Origin: a virus
Reading direction: 5' to 3' (one strand)
DNA: 64,000 bases
IMG/VR virus record: IMGVR_UViG_3300044707_000140
Span: 1-64,000 of that record
Shown: piece by piece, positions 12,901-22,625 of the stretch
How positions within the stretch are numbered: position 1 is the stretch's first letter
Layout: the number at the start of each line of letters is the position of its first letter
Notes under the pieces: model-generated
Databases searched by the model: none
What the model saw: only the letters and a program-made list of their open reading frames with translations
What the model was told of the DNA's origin: nothing
Made by a program: the position numbers and the translations under genes

Positions 12901-15900
12901 CACTCCTCCTATAGAAGAAGGAATAGGCTTGCCATTATTATCTGTTATGGGTAGTGTGGCTAGTACAAGCTTTACAGCGCTGTTAAGCTTTCTGTAATTG
13001 TCTATTTTGTGAGCACCATCATACTCACCCTTTCCACTGTTCTCATCGCTCTTCAGGTTTACATCATCATTCTCATCAAACTCTATTCCGTATTTCTTCA
13101 GATAGATCTCATGAGCATCCACTAACTTATCCCAGTTGAGCATGATTTTGTTGAACATCTCACGATACACCATACCACGCTGGAGGGCTGTATCTTCAGC
13201 AATCAAACCTGCCTTAGCATCATTCTTTAATTGCTCGTTCATACCCTTGAGCTTAGACATAATGTTTGTCTTCACTCTAGCATACACATCAGACTTTTTG
13301 ACTTCCTCATCAATATCAAACAAGCTCTGACCATCTCTTTGCATATATCCTATGCTCAGGAAGGTCATTTGCTCCATGATGTCATTCACCTGTTTAGTGG
13401 TGAATATAGGAATTTCACTGAGACTAGCATCTGCTGTGATGTAAGCATCTTCAATGTCTATAACACCCACCTTTGCAAAAGCTAACTCAGACTCTCCCAT
13501 TACAAGAGTGTTGTAATACCCTTTACCAATCTTGTCAAATAACTTGTTGGTGTTTGTTTCAGCATCCTTTCCTGTGAAGAAGGTCTTAAAGAAGTCAACC
13601 AATTGCTTGAATATACGAGCAAGCAAAGACTTAGGTTCTACAGGAAACTTACCATCCTTGTAGTATTCAGCAAACTCGTCTGCTAACAGCTCTTCAATTT
13701 GCTTAGAAGTGGCGTCAGCATAATCAATAGTTTGGAATGTTCTTCTGTCTACAAAGCTACCCTTTCTAGCACGCACCTCATTTTCAATGAGAAGACGCTC
13801 TTCAGGGGTTGCAAAATTTTGCCAAATGGGGTGGAATATCTCGTGTAGAGCTGTACCCATCACTGCATTCTCAGCAATATAGATGGCTCCATTCTTATAC
13901 ATACCCCAAGCCTGCAAACCGTTAGTTCCTGTAATTATGTTCTTTACACGGTATACAGGAATGTTAGGGAAGATTTGTTTGATGGCTTTCTCCACCTTGG
14001 GCCAGTTCTCAGCACTGAACTTCTTAAGATCAGAATGCAACACTCTACGAAGTTCTGGATCATCAGGAGTGGGATCAGTGTTATCCCAAGCCTCATCTAG
14101 GTTAGCCTGTGTTTCAGCGTTCACCTCAGGAATCTGAGGAGTTTGAGGAATCATCTTGGGTGTAGCCTTCTGTAGTTCAGTGAGAACAAAAGCAGCTACA
14201 GTGTTCTTGATTACATCCTCATCCACCTTTCCAGTGGTAGCCTGTTGCACCTTACGCATGTTCTCCAGAAGGCTATCTGGAACCTTAACCAACCTTAGTG
14301 TACCTGCTAAATCTTTCTCATCAGCAGTGAACACTACATCAGCACCAGCTATAGGAATAGTGTTTTCTGCAGTGCCATTTAGATTGTATCCTGTACTTAC
14401 AGGAGCTGGTGCTACAGCAGGAGCAGCTTTTGGAGCTTCCTTAGGAGCTTCAACAACTTTAGCTACACGAGCTTGGTCTTCTTTTATCTTACCAATAACA
14501 AATTGAGCAAGCGTGTTCATAACCATTTCCCTATCAGGTTGGCTTTCTAACAACTTGTCAATCAATGCTTTATCAGTCTTGTCAGATATCTTAACTGTTC
14601 CAGCTAGGTCTTTACTATCCGCTGTGAACACTATTGTATTATCACCAATTTTAACACGGTTCTCTGAAACACCGTCTAGTTCAAACTTACTCTGAGGAGT
14701 TGTACTTACAGCAGGATTAGCAACAGGAGCCTGATCTGTATACTTCTTATCAAAGTCAGCATCATTAATAATGAAATAGATACCATTTCTATTTACATCA
14801 TTTGCATCCTCTTGAGGTCTGATGTTTGTGGTGAGAGGTATTTCTTTACCATCTCTATTACCCTTACCATCAGCTTGCTTTGGAGAAAGCAGATAGGTTT
14901 GGTAGTTGGGCCATATTACAGACTCAATTGTACCATCAGGGTTTATGCCTGTGATCTGCTCATAACGTTTGTTATAGTCAGCATCATTCTCTGTCAGCCT
15001 AGAATTGGTGTTGGTAAACATTCTCTCTAGGACAGCAGTGATGATTCCTCTGTTATCCTCTAGAGCTGTAGGAGTGAACTCAGAAACGGGTGTGTATTTA
15101 CCCTCATCATTCTGCTTTCCAGACATGAAGAGTTTAAATCCATCTTCTGTTTTCTCAAACCAAACGCTATTGAATCCAGCCACCTTTCCTTCTCTAGGAC
15201 TTCCCCAATACACAACAGTTCTCAACCAGTCTATAAGTCGTTGAGCCTCAGGGCTGTTCTCTAATACAAACTTACCTTTCTTATTTTCATCAACGATGAT
15301 GTTAGACAGACGATGAATTACTTGGTAGATGGTGTTAGCTTCTTTAGCAGTGTGTTGTCTATTGTTAAGTGCTACATATGCATTGTTTAAACGCAGGAAC
15401 ACTCTACCTAGCGCATTACCAAAGGATGTAGATCCACGGGTGATTCTTTCTTCAAGCGTAGGAACATACAGCACAGGACTTTCTGTAAGGTCAGTTTGTT
15501 TAACAAGACCAGAATCTACAACACTTACAGGCACATAGTCTTCTTTAAGATTGCCCTTATCATCTAATTCCTTCACTCTATCAGGTGTACCAAAAGATGC
15601 TGTAACATTATAATTAGTCAGGGTGGTAGCTGCAAGAGCATCCTTTCTAAACTGATCAAACTTAGCGCTTGTCTTGAGTTTTGCTTCTTCAGATGCAGAC
15701 TCAGGGAACAGGTTATCTATGCTAAGTGGAAATACTTGGAACACAGCTGAGTTGTGCAGTCTATCACGGTATTGCTCATCTGTTTCTGTTTCAGCCTTAC
15801 CAGGAATAGCTTCACCATTCTCGTTCACTAAGGTGTAACTCTTACCATCCTTACTAGGGATAGCCATTACCAAAGCTATAGTGTTCTCAGGTTTTACGTC

Positions 15901-18900
15901 AGTTCTACCCTGAGCAAGGAACTGTGTAAGACCAGGGATGAGCTGAGCCTGTGTACTATTAGTAACCACCACTCCTTTAACATCTGCTCTATTAGCTAAT
16001 GTAGGAAACTTAAATCCAAAACGATTAGCTCTTAATGCATGTTCTGTAGGAGGAATACCCTCTCTTTCAAATGATCTTGCAGAAGGACCTGTGGTGGCTT
16101 TATTTATTACTCGTAGAGATTTTCTTCGATCAGGTTGATATGCTCTATCATAAGGAGCATTTGCAATCCCTTGATTGAGTGTACCTAATATCTGATTGAT
16201 TACCTCTTCGTTCTTCTTAATACTTTTCTCCTCTTCCTTTCTAGAAAGCTCTTTGTCCATAGCTTTGTAGAAGGCTTCAAGAATCTGTTCCTTAGCACGC
16301 TGCTCTTTACCTATTGCATCAATCTGGTTATAGAGATCAGTGATTTTGTTACGTAAGTTGGTAACATCTTCCTCACTAATAGCAATCTCTTTCTTGAGAT
16401 CCTCAAGGAAGTTGTAGTCTTCTATCATCTCCTTAAGGCCAAGGATGTCTGTGTAGTTTACAGTTTTGGACTTACGGAGCTCATCAAACTTATCTCTAAT
16501 CTCTTGAGGGTATTGACTATCAAACTTTTGGAAAGCTGTCTTCAGCATAGACAGAAGATCCTTCATAGTATCTTCCACTGAATCCAACAGCTTAGAGAAC
16601 TGGTTGATTTGCTTACCACTAGATATGGCAAGATCTTTGAGCCCTTTTACCTGCTCATCCAGTTCATCCATCATGTCATAGAAGTCTTCAGGCAGTTCTC
16701 TTAGGTTCTGCATGAAGTCTTCAAAGTGAGAAACGTTAAACTCAAGGGCCTCTTTCTCAGCCTCCAGCTCACCTATTTCTCTTTCAAGATCTGTTCTAAG
16801 ATTTGCAAGCTTTGTTAAACCCTTCATAGATCTGTTGAACACCTTACTGAAGTCAGTGATGATAGATACATTGCTGTATTTATCCTTCACTCTGAACTGA
16901 CCTAATGTATCAAGATCTTCATTAAGTTTGGCTAAAGCTTCTTTTTTATCTACAATCTTACGATCAATCTCCTCAATTTTAGCTTTAGTCTCATCATGTA
17001 TCTCCTTGATAATCTGTCTTCTAGCAGCTATCTTGTTTTCCAGATTCACTCTTGCATCTTTCTCTGCAGCACTTTCTTCCTCACTAAGGATGGCATTTGT
17101 TGCTGGAGAGTATTTGCTATTAGTCCAGATTTGAGCACTGTCATAACCTGGTTTAATCTGGAACTGATCTAGATTTACAGGAATTCTGTGCTTAGGTTTA
17201 CCATTCTTTCTAAGCTCATCAGATTCAAAATAAAGAGTCTTGGTTGCTTTATCATATACAATCTTACCAATAGCTTCTTTACCACCCTTGAATCTGAAAT
17301 GATATTTGTTGTCAGAGTTTTCTACATAGAATCTAGCAGCACGGTTCATGTCAGCTTTCTTACTGAGCATATATTCTTCAAACACTGCAGGCTTTATGGC
17401 TAAGGTTCTACCATCATCAGTCTTTACAACAATATTTCCTTGCTCATTTGTACCAATCACTTGGAACTCAGAGAACTTCTGCACCTTAATACCATCAACA
17501 GTTTCAATAGTTTTGGCTCCAGCTACATAAGTTTCACCCACCTCAACATCTTTAACGCCATCTTTTGTCTTCACCTTGATGATGTCTTTAGGCTTCTCAC
17601 CTCTAGTGTTTGTAGGAGCTGTTGCCTCAGGAGTGGTGTACTTCTGAGGATTGTTTTTCATGTCGTTATACTCATTCATGAAAAGTTTCCTACGTAAAGA
17701 AAGCTCTACAACATCTCTTAAGTCTTGCTGAAGACCGTCTGTATCAACCGCATCTATGTTGGAAATATCAGCAGCAGCTTTATCAACAGCTTCTTTTACA
17801 GGCTTGCCCTCTTTGAAAATGCTAGATAGTATCTCAGAAGTGTCTACACCAGCCTCAGCCAGCCTAGCATTCACCTGAGGAATACGCACATCATAGTCAG
17901 CAATCTTGGAAGTGGCATATGCCATCTTATCAAGCACCTCAGGAGTGTAAATCTTCTTACCATCTGGTGTAGTAATTCCTCCAAATCTGATACCTAAAGA
18001 GTTGTATATTTCGTTAGTAGCAGTCGCTGCTTTCTCAAGATTGGCAACTCTCTGTTGGAAAGAGTCCACTGTATCATTGATATTAGCATAGCCTTGAGAC
18101 TTTAAGTTAGCTAATCCTCCAGCAGTGAGTCCTTCTTTTTTAAGGTCAGCCAGATCATCCATCACCATATCAAACCTACCATACTTAATACGCGTAGACA
18201 GGTAGTTATGCATCATGTCTCTCTTGAGGTCAAGAGCCTCAAGTTTATCTCCTTTTACAATTGCTTGTTGTTCTTGTTCTCTTAGAACAATACCTCTGTT
18301 AACAGAAGCAAGTCTGTCTTTGAATGCTTCTCTAAGTGTAGGAGCATTATTTAGTCCAGAGATGAACTGCTGTGTATTTGTAGCAAGGGCAGTGGATTGA
18401 CCAAACTTACCAATGGCTTGCATCAGTCCTCCAGTGATACCACCAAGAACCATACTTTCCATACCCTCTTTAGAAACAAAGGCACCTTTACCCTCACCTT
18501 TTTCATCTCTACCTGTAAGTCCGTATAGGAACCCATCCACCCAAAGACTAGCATCTCCTGTTTGTTCTGCTTTGTCAAAGTAGTTTTGTACACCTACCTG
18601 AAGGGCATATTGTCCAATCTCTTGACCAGCTTCTTTAGGATCAAACACATATCCTCCCACCTTCATAGATGTTTGGAATAGTTTTCCAAATCCAGTTTTC
18701 TCTGCAGCTTTGGCTACATACTTTCCATCTTTTAGGATGACATCATCTGCTCTTGTCAGAAGACTGTTAGCAGCATTCTTAGTAGAGCTATATGTTGATC
18801 CCAGTAAGTAAGGAAGTTGGGTGAACTCTGTTGCACTCAGAAGAGCAAGGTTTCCAAAGAAGGATGATTTACCTACAGCATCAGCTTTTGCATTGATTTC

Positions 18901-19917
18901 ATCAAGAGCTTGACCTACAGGTTCTTGTCCATTGTTAACTTGTTTGTATTCCTCAATAAGATTGTCTCTATACTCTTTGGCTGTTTGTAAAGCCTCAAAG
19001 CTAGACTCTCCTGCAGAAGAATAAGCAGCAACAAGGGCTCTTCTTCCCTCATCACCAAACTGTGCAAATCTGCTAGTTTGAGCAGCAACGTCTGCCAGTT
19101 TAGAAGTTCTTGTTGTAAGGTCGGCAATAGAAGATATTTCTTTTTCAAGAACAGTAGCAGCCTCTATATTCTTACCGTTGCTGAATGCTCTAGATAGATT
19201 CTTCAGTAGAGGTGTGTAGAGTTTAAATCCTTGTGCAGACTCAGCAGCAACAGCAGTGCTAGGGGCTAAAAATCCTCCAAGTGCTCTACCTGCTCTTAGG
19301 AGTCCAGCATTAGCAATATTACCACTCACCATTGCACCCACAGCAAAGCCAGAGTTTTTGATGAGTTTGTCAAATAAGAAATTGGTTTTTAACCAGTTAT
19401 CAGTGGAATACCAAGTGGCATTCTTTTCTACATCTGTATAGTAGTTAGGAAGGTATTCATTATCCACTTTATTGTTCCACTCATCTAATCCCCTCATCAT
19501 CTCATTATCCCATATGTCAGCAAGTCTTCCTGAGAAAGGAGACTTGGCTAATCCGTATAACATGCCCACACTACCAGCAACCGTGGTGGCTGTCAGGTTC
19601 ACACCCTTTAGAAGACCATTAACAGCTTTGTCAAGGTTAGATTGGGCATAAGCTTTTTGGTCCTCAATGTTTACAATATCAGGAGAATAGATAGCATACC
19701 TTCTGTTTTCATAAAGTTCTTGAGCACTTACAGTGGGGGCCATAGGTGTAACCACAGGCCCAGCACCGAAGAACCTATCTAATGCATTACCTGAATTCCC
19801 AGAAAGACCACCTTGCACACTTCCACGATTTACATTGGAAGAGGGGTTGTCTAACTCAGGAAGTTCTGTGTTAGTATTAGTGAGTAGGGGATTCAAGTTT
19901 TTATCAAAACCTGGCAT
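6991..19917 (-). CDS. Virion-packaged single-chain RNA polymerase (crAss-like, double-psi beta-barrel type) with zincin-like domain
   Basis: 4308 aa. Catalytic GSDFDIDK (9721-9744) preceded by RIPT. HEIFH...EELLA zincin motif (13831-13845). Gly/Ala hydrophobic N-terminal segments. Confidence 0.93.
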   Translation of the reverse strand: MPGFDKNLNPLLTNTNTELPELDNPSSNVNRGSVQGGLSGNSGNALDRFFGAGPVVTPMAPTVSAQELYENRRYAIYSPDIVNIEDQKAYAQSNLDKAVNGLLKGVNLTATTVAGSVGMLYGLAKSPFSGRLADIWDNEMMRGLDEWNNKVDNEYLPNYYTDVEKNATWYSTDNWLKTNFLFDKLIKNSGFAVGAMVSGNIANAGLLRAGRALGGFLAPSTAVAAESAQGFKLYTPLLKNLSRAFSNGKNIEAATVLEKEISSIADLTTRTSKLADVAAQTSRFAQFGDEGRRALVAAYSSAGESSFEALQTAKEYRDNLIEEYKQVNNGQEPVGQALDEINAKADAVGKSSFFGNLALLSATEFTQLPYLLGSTYSSTKNAANSLLTRADDVILKDGKYVAKAAEKTGFGKLFQTSMKVGGYVFDPKEAGQEIGQYALQVGVQNYFDKAEQTGDASLWVDGFLYGLTGRDEKGEGKGAFVSKEGMESMVLGGITGGLMQAIGKFGQSTALATNTQQFISGLNNAPTLREAFKDRLASVNRGIVLREQEQQAIVKGDKLEALDLKRDMMHNYLSTRIKYGRFDMVMDDLADLKKEGLTAGGLANLKSQGYANINDTVDSFQQRVANLEKAATATNEIYNSLGIRFGGITTPDGKKIYTPEVLDKMAYATSKIADYDVRIPQVNARLAEAGVDTSEILSSIFKEGKPVKEAVDKAAADISNIDAVDTDGLQQDLRDVVELSLRRKLFMNEYNDMKNNPQKYTTPEATAPTNTRGEKPKDIIKVKTKDGVKDVEVGETYVAGAKTIETVDGIKVQKFSEFQVIGTNEQGNIVVKTDDGRTLAIKPAVFEEYMLSKKADMNRAARFYVENSDNKYHFRFKGGKEAIGKIVYDKATKTLYFESDELRKNGKPKHRIPVNLDQFQIKPGYDSAQIWTNSKYSPATNAILSEEESAAEKDARVNLENKIAARRQIIKEIHDETKAKIEEIDRKIVDKKEALAKLNEDLDTLGQFRVKDKYSNVSIITDFSKVFNRSMKGLTKLANLRTDLEREIGELEAEKEALEFNVSHFEDFMQNLRELPEDFYDMMDELDEQVKGLKDLAISSGKQINQFSKLLDSVEDTMKDLLSMLKTAFQKFDSQYPQEIRDKFDELRKSKTVNYTDILGLKEMIEDYNFLEDLKKEIAISEEDVTNLRNKITDLYNQIDAIGKEQRAKEQILEAFYKAMDKELSRKEEEKSIKKNEEVINQILGTLNQGIANAPYDRAYQPDRRKSLRVINKATTGPSARSFEREGIPPTEHALRANRFGFKFPTLANRADVKGVVVTNSTQAQLIPGLTQFLAQGRTDVKPENTIALVMAIPSKDGKSYTLVNENGEAIPGKAETETDEQYRDRLHNSAVFQVFPLSIDNLFPESASEEAKLKTSAKFDQFRKDALAATTLTNYNVTASFGTPDRVKELDDKGNLKEDYVPVSVVDSGLVKQTDLTESPVLYVPTLEERITRGSTSFGNALGRVFLRLNNAYVALNNRQHTAKEANTIYQVIHRLSNIIVDENKKGKFVLENSPEAQRLIDWLRTVVYWGSPREGKVAGFNSVWFEKTEDGFKLFMSGKQNDEGKYTPVSEFTPTALEDNRGIITAVLERMFTNTNSRLTENDADYNKRYEQITGINPDGTIESVIWPNYQTYLLSPKQADGKGNRDGKEIPLTTNIRPQEDANDVNRNGIYFIINDADFDKKYTDQAPVANPAVSTTPQSKFELDGVSENRVKIGDNTIVFTADSKDLAGTVKISDKTDKALIDKLLESQPDREMVMNTLAQFVIGKIKEDQARVAKVVEAPKEAPKAAPAVAPAPVSTGYNLNGTAENTIPIAGADVVFTADEKDLAGTLRLVKVPDSLLENMRKVQQATTGKVDEDVIKNTVAAFVLTELQKATPKMIPQTPQIPEVNAETQANLDEAWDNTDPTPDDPELRRVLHSDLKKFSAENWPKVEKAIKQIFPNIPVYRVKNIITGTNGLQAWGMYKNGAIYIAENAVMGTALHEIFHPIWQNFATPEERLLIENEVRARKGSFVDRRTFQTIDYADATSKQIEELLADEFAEYYKDGKFPVEPKSLLARIFKQLVDFFKTFFTGKDAETNTNKLFDKIGKGYYNTLVMGESELAFAKVGVIDIEDAYITADASLSEIPIFTTKQVNDIMEQMTFLSIGYMQRDGQSLFDIDEEVKKSDVYARVKTNIMSKLKGMNEQLKNDAKAGLIAEDTALQRGMVYREMFNKIMLNWDKLVDAHEIYLKKYGIEFDENDDVNLKSDENSGKGEYDGAHKIDNYRKLNSAVKLVLATLPITDNNGKPIPSSIGGVNLVPLGEAYVSVMNNVHDSLNTEDMLSRIADMAANDTNYELLYQRLAKTSSENAPDWNAMQKHNIQLLTAFTIAFNKQNPEVKMLDILSEGGVQVSEGNLNTATRQIVKDFENGIRSVFLDPKNKYFTYDVKTKGYYSKPDAVKEMPIGTPQEKVKFLESFGITFNADDIINLETSNPGLFERFNIATNGVYKSLLEREKIATVTGKTLDITKRLRTLAAIKARIENPEFPSTFYGVNGEKLQTFIGTNPSNELYKNISAAPTYESLQGSNGYGYLYTDLFAQNSVILNAIFNIDKETKTGNKRTGGRVAEIMKTSVANGTNDQTSGRKKESSRLNQKERLIQEINMNLEGYYYNLVAGDASLEYQTYMGNHVSLEDMRRGYDTINEIFRGYLIDEINLAREDRRVAKDRNTDDLRFMNAILGPELSKQVLAQEGEAKDIVSRDAIKKKVDAAFERYIKAETAKLQNTLEKYGIVEKTKEDEYVVEDLSFSKSGVVSKANLDIHMSTITVNYMIANIEYHKLLYSDPYQYSDELKRIKNFLSPRQAILHGSANMNSVLDKVWNEGFEPEDYGRTDFTRDSFNSTTLADVIAMNEMPGYEGFKEPDGAGMITFKAHRNFRIRSSNWSAAEERQYRHDVAYKKLVDSGATDKQIAEFEKNNPAVKSAYTPSKPIVAGNKGGNKSYNDPVLDKFALYPLSFRVLNEMDRLAKHGESNAMKLLKKMEGENLDYVVYGSARKVGAEEINDVYNDKGEFNTAPYKGIINVPFSIMSVQSEVPSKEEDLVTRGSQMTKLITMDFMDAGVPIDFEKSKTFPERYKMWYDIKTEEGREEASPLYKEIKTNQSLLEALTDEGYKTFLKKLGLVEVGDEFVITDFSKAAKTLRNEILKREANSNTIAALNSFLEGKAVLEATPVYQQVRNILYSLADKNFISPKVTGGLKVQLPSTLLEAVRAKKEGDAYTSDFLKFYENKDGERYCEIMVGRWFKSDKTDEELLHYFNNTKEGQAQLAALTGVAFRIPTGKQNYIESFRIKRFLPAEYGDAVIVPSALVQKVGSDFDIDKLSVYLKNLYTDGRGNLKVVPYFGIGEKARAEFAKMIDSGEFLSKKQLQELDRIIEEEKDILFSPEYDLDGNPVGTEQQRLLRTIFAQAYDDQEITRDFVKSITKEEFKQALIDKLYKQSLENAYIQSSQNLVEREDNYAQLTRPNSSKELEDLSKKITKKLGLPTFDYTNVGNMLDRTFMSRLRHAFVTGKYAIGIAAVAQTNHSLNQREPIIIDPRKLSGLSKVDQYWLGDAQLKFADGFNTIDIDGNTYVSLSGIKSADKKYISNTIGMFIDGYVDISKGPWIIELGATYNVAGTYLFLVKAGVPVDTVSYFMNQPIVRDYLQNLENAGYSYLFNDRMVDEVKGKYKASKEQLAKVTQIPSKGKLLEMIGETRFDEKQKAEQQFILNEFLKYAKLSEQLMMVTQGTNYDTASFNDPFLVVKKEQQLIKARKSVISSPDNILKNSFLGTMRDRINRSKKAISKFLISDRGVIGDVLGKVIEPYTGMYNERDFLKVARKAVNDFFDWAVQIDSSRNALIPKLLLSDNNAPKEVMEFMTSIENKPDHPLFTNYIVGKNGIMQHQTPQKNGGVNNLSLKNKDNKVYDQDRVISSFREVREYLKGQNREGLYKKIIGVSILQSGLSTTPFSFTSLLPYEDFADIYNNVITKLEEESDIDVTKFYEVNAFQRNNWNNDDIVPSEKARGGYNYMGEPYYNLNMNFDKHGALLNAMRNGEIPQLLKLSSRTASAQADIVAYSWDVVPAGKTKIQMMKEGDYSFRKRGLFKKVYIDEANKIPAVLKEGKYENYVFQMINAWGDGFRANEFYTEPTVSVIDNGFVKVEPTTYTKEYTFQDKKYTMQGATSPERSNNYVARYFGAQAAETPIEIESQKTMKLKDGVTYAFPAINAKMLEEMGYAPEEAGKIITLTCKR

Positions 19918-19929
19918 GTCTTAAATATT

Positions 19930-22539
19930 TTAAAAGCCTGCTATATTAGAAAAGTCGTAATTAGGATACTGAAGTTTTAACATTGAACGCAACTCATTAT
20001 TAGTTAATGTGTTAAGTTGCTTTCTACCTTGGTCATATCCAACTCTTTGAAGACCACCCATTCCTGAAACTTCAAAAGGAACCCATTCTCCCACCTTTGA
20101 TTTTAAAAATATAGTGGGTACAAATAGATCAGGATTAGTTGCATCCCCTGTAAGGTCAGCATTTATTTGGAAATCAGTTACTCTTGGGAAGTCTCCAAAA
20201 GACTTTTGCATAAACGCACGGTCAGGATTACCTGTTGGGTTAGTGCTACCTTTTCCAAAACGGAGCATCTGTGCAGCTTGTGTATTATCATCTGTATAGC
20301 CGCTATTGTTAAGCACCTTATCAATAGTTCCTTTATCTAATTTAAGTTTCTGGATATTTGAAGGATCTTTTTCATTCTTCAACCACAGCTCAAATTGATT
20401 ACCAGATTGATGCACAAACAGTCTAGTGTCCTTGAGATTTTCACCAGCTAAGAAACCAGACGCTGTGCCTAGACTAAAGTTGTTATCAGCAGCAATTCCT
20501 TTTTCATTAGCTCCTGTTAACAATCCACTTAGATTAGCAGCCACTACAGGAGGAATCTCTTTTGACTTCCCTGTAGAAACAGCTTTGATTGTGGGAAGAA
20601 GATCATTAGCAACAGGAGCCATGATATCTTTGTACCTCTCATCAATAGATCTATTGATATTTTTATCAAAGTCACGGTAGTTATTGTAATATTCATTAAC
20701 ACTTAAAAGTGCTTTTCTCATTTCAGGACCACCAATAACATCTGCCCCCAAGGTTCTTTTACTCATCTCAACAGTGGCTTTCTGTCCATTAGGAAGAGTG
20801 TAATTAAGACGAATCTTTCCAAGAGGAGCTCTATCTACACTAAGAGAAGCTTTCCCAGTTTCAATATCATTTATGATTTGACTAGGGGTTTTAATAAGAG
20901 ATGTAACACCTTGACCAGGAGTGTAGAACTGTAAATTCACAGCACCTCCAACATCTAATTGTCTTCTGACAGCATCTCTTGTAGCTATAGCACCTTGGTT
21001 TGTTCTATATACATCAGCTTTAGCTTGTGCTTTAGCTTCTTCATCTCTATCTTGAATAGCCTGTAATGTGTTTGTCTGTCTAAGGATTTCCATAACAGAC
21101 CCTAAAGCCCATGCTGGTTTCTTAGTAGCCTTGTTAGTATTGTTCTTATAATCATCGAGGATTGCATCTATTTCACCATTTGTCAATCCTTTATTAATCA
21201 ATCCTTGTCTTAGACCATTGATGCTACCCATGGTCTTCTCAGTGAAATCTAGAACAAGTTTGTCAGCATTGTTTCTAGCATCTGTAGGGGTTCCTAAAGA
21301 TATAGCTGGTGACATGGTGGGGTCTCCATAAAGCTCAGCACGTTTAAGTGCATTTGCTATAGCTGATTGTTCTAATTCTTGTTGTTTAAGTGTAGTGGTG
21401 ATACCAAACTCATAAGACTGACGTTTCTCTGTAGTCCACTTTAGACGCATCTCCTCATTCCACTGTGCCACCTTTTTAAGAGGACTCTCTACATATTGCA
21501 CAGACTGTTGCTTCCATGAGAAAGCGTTTGCAAACTCTTTTACAAATCCATCCTTGTATATAGAAGCTTTTACAGCATCTGGGTTAGTTCTTACTAATTC
21601 CAGGTTCTTCTTTAGTTCATCATCAAGCTCTCCAGGTGTACCATCTTTTCCTAGAAGCTTATCTAGGTAAGCAATTCTTTGATCAATTTTTTGAGACTCA
21701 GTGGGATCAGTTACTATCTTCTTTTGACCCTTCAGATAGTCAAGAGTTTCTATTGCATCAGCTCTTTGAGCATCATAGCTCAAACGAGCTCTTGAAACAA
21801 GTTGGTCAGTGCCCACTCCCCTAAACTGATATCTAGCATCAATGTCAAGTTGATTGATATCATCTGGAGTGAGAGACGCATTGATAGCAGCCTTGATCTG
21901 TCCCTCATCAATGCCCTCAATCTTATAACGCTTCATAGCGTCTGCTATCTCTTTTGTATTTATCTTACCATCTTCTACTTTAAAAGGAATATCATATTCC
22001 TGAAGCTTTGGATGGAGAAGTTTGATAGCATCTAACGCTGTCTTCTTAACATCTCTATAAGGAGTGTATCTACTTCTAAATGAAGCATTTACATCATTAG
22101 AATTTAGATAGGCCCCTGCCTTATCTGTAAAGTCTACAATATTAGCCTGTGAAGATTTTCCTTCAGATATGGCCTTTTCCATTTCAGCCAGTTGCTTTCT
22201 ATAGAAAGCTGTAGAACCTACAGCATTTTGGATGACAGGGTCTTTGCTCACCTGAGTCACCATACCTCCTACAGAGTTAACAAGTTGAAAGTTAGAGAAA
22301 TCAGCAGCTGCAACTGTTTTTAAATCACTTCCCAATTGGTTAAGTCTAGACTGCAAATAGGCCTTCTGAGTGGGATTGGCAATATCCAAACCAGCCACAT
22401 TGTCAATATAATTCTGGATCTTTTGTACTCCAGCATCATATTGAGCCTGCTTTTGCATACCCACAGACACCATAGCCTCCACAGGAAGCTGCTGGATGTA
22501 AGGGTTAAATTGGGGTATTATGTCTGTATAAGAAGCCAT
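19930..22539 (-). CDS. Virion cargo protein adjacent to vRNAP
   Basis: 869 aa. N-terminus (F.PY.QQLP.E.M..V...KQ.QYD) and position match the crAss-like cargo gene preceding the RNAP. Confidence 0.7.
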   Translation of the reverse strand: MASYTDIIPQFNPYIQQLPVEAMVSVGMQKQAQYDAGVQKIQNYIDNVAGLDIANPTQKAYLQSRLNQLGSDLKTVAAADFSNFQLVNSVGGMVTQVSKDPVIQNAVGSTAFYRKQLAEMEKAISEGKSSQANIVDFTDKAGAYLNSNDVNASFRSRYTPYRDVKKTALDAIKLLHPKLQEYDIPFKVEDGKINTKEIADAMKRYKIEGIDEGQIKAAINASLTPDDINQLDIDARYQFRGVGTDQLVSRARLSYDAQRADAIETLDYLKGQKKIVTDPTESQKIDQRIAYLDKLLGKDGTPGELDDELKKNLELVRTNPDAVKASIYKDGFVKEFANAFSWKQQSVQYVESPLKKVAQWNEEMRLKWTTEKRQSYEFGITTTLKQQELEQSAIANALKRAELYGDPTMSPAISLGTPTDARNNADKLVLDFTEKTMGSINGLRQGLINKGLTNGEIDAILDDYKNNTNKATKKPAWALGSVMEILRQTNTLQAIQDRDEEAKAQAKADVYRTNQGAIATRDAVRRQLDVGGAVNLQFYTPGQGVTSLIKTPSQIINDIETGKASLSVDRAPLGKIRLNYTLPNGQKATVEMSKRTLGADVIGGPEMRKALLSVNEYYNNYRDFDKNINRSIDERYKDIMAPVANDLLPTIKAVSTGKSKEIPPVVAANLSGLLTGANEKGIAADNNFSLGTASGFLAGENLKDTRLFVHQSGNQFELWLKNEKDPSNIQKLKLDKGTIDKVLNNSGYTDDNTQAAQMLRFGKGSTNPTGNPDRAFMQKSFGDFPRVTDFQINADLTGDATNPDLFVPTIFLKSKVGEWVPFEVSGMGGLQRVGYDQGRKQLNTLTNNELRSMLKLQYPNYDFSNIAGF

Positions 22540-22553
22540 AGATCATCAAGTTA

Positions 22554-22584
22554 CAAATGTAATAGAAAGAATTATAATTTCCAA
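22554..22584 (-). promoter_or_regulatory. Bacteroidota sigma70-type promoter for cargo/vRNAP genes
   Basis: TTG(22584-22582)-N20-TACATTTG(22561-22554). Confidence 0.7.
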
Positions 22585-22625
22585 GAGAACTAACGAGTTT
22601 TGGTAATTCTCTCTAACTGAATTGG

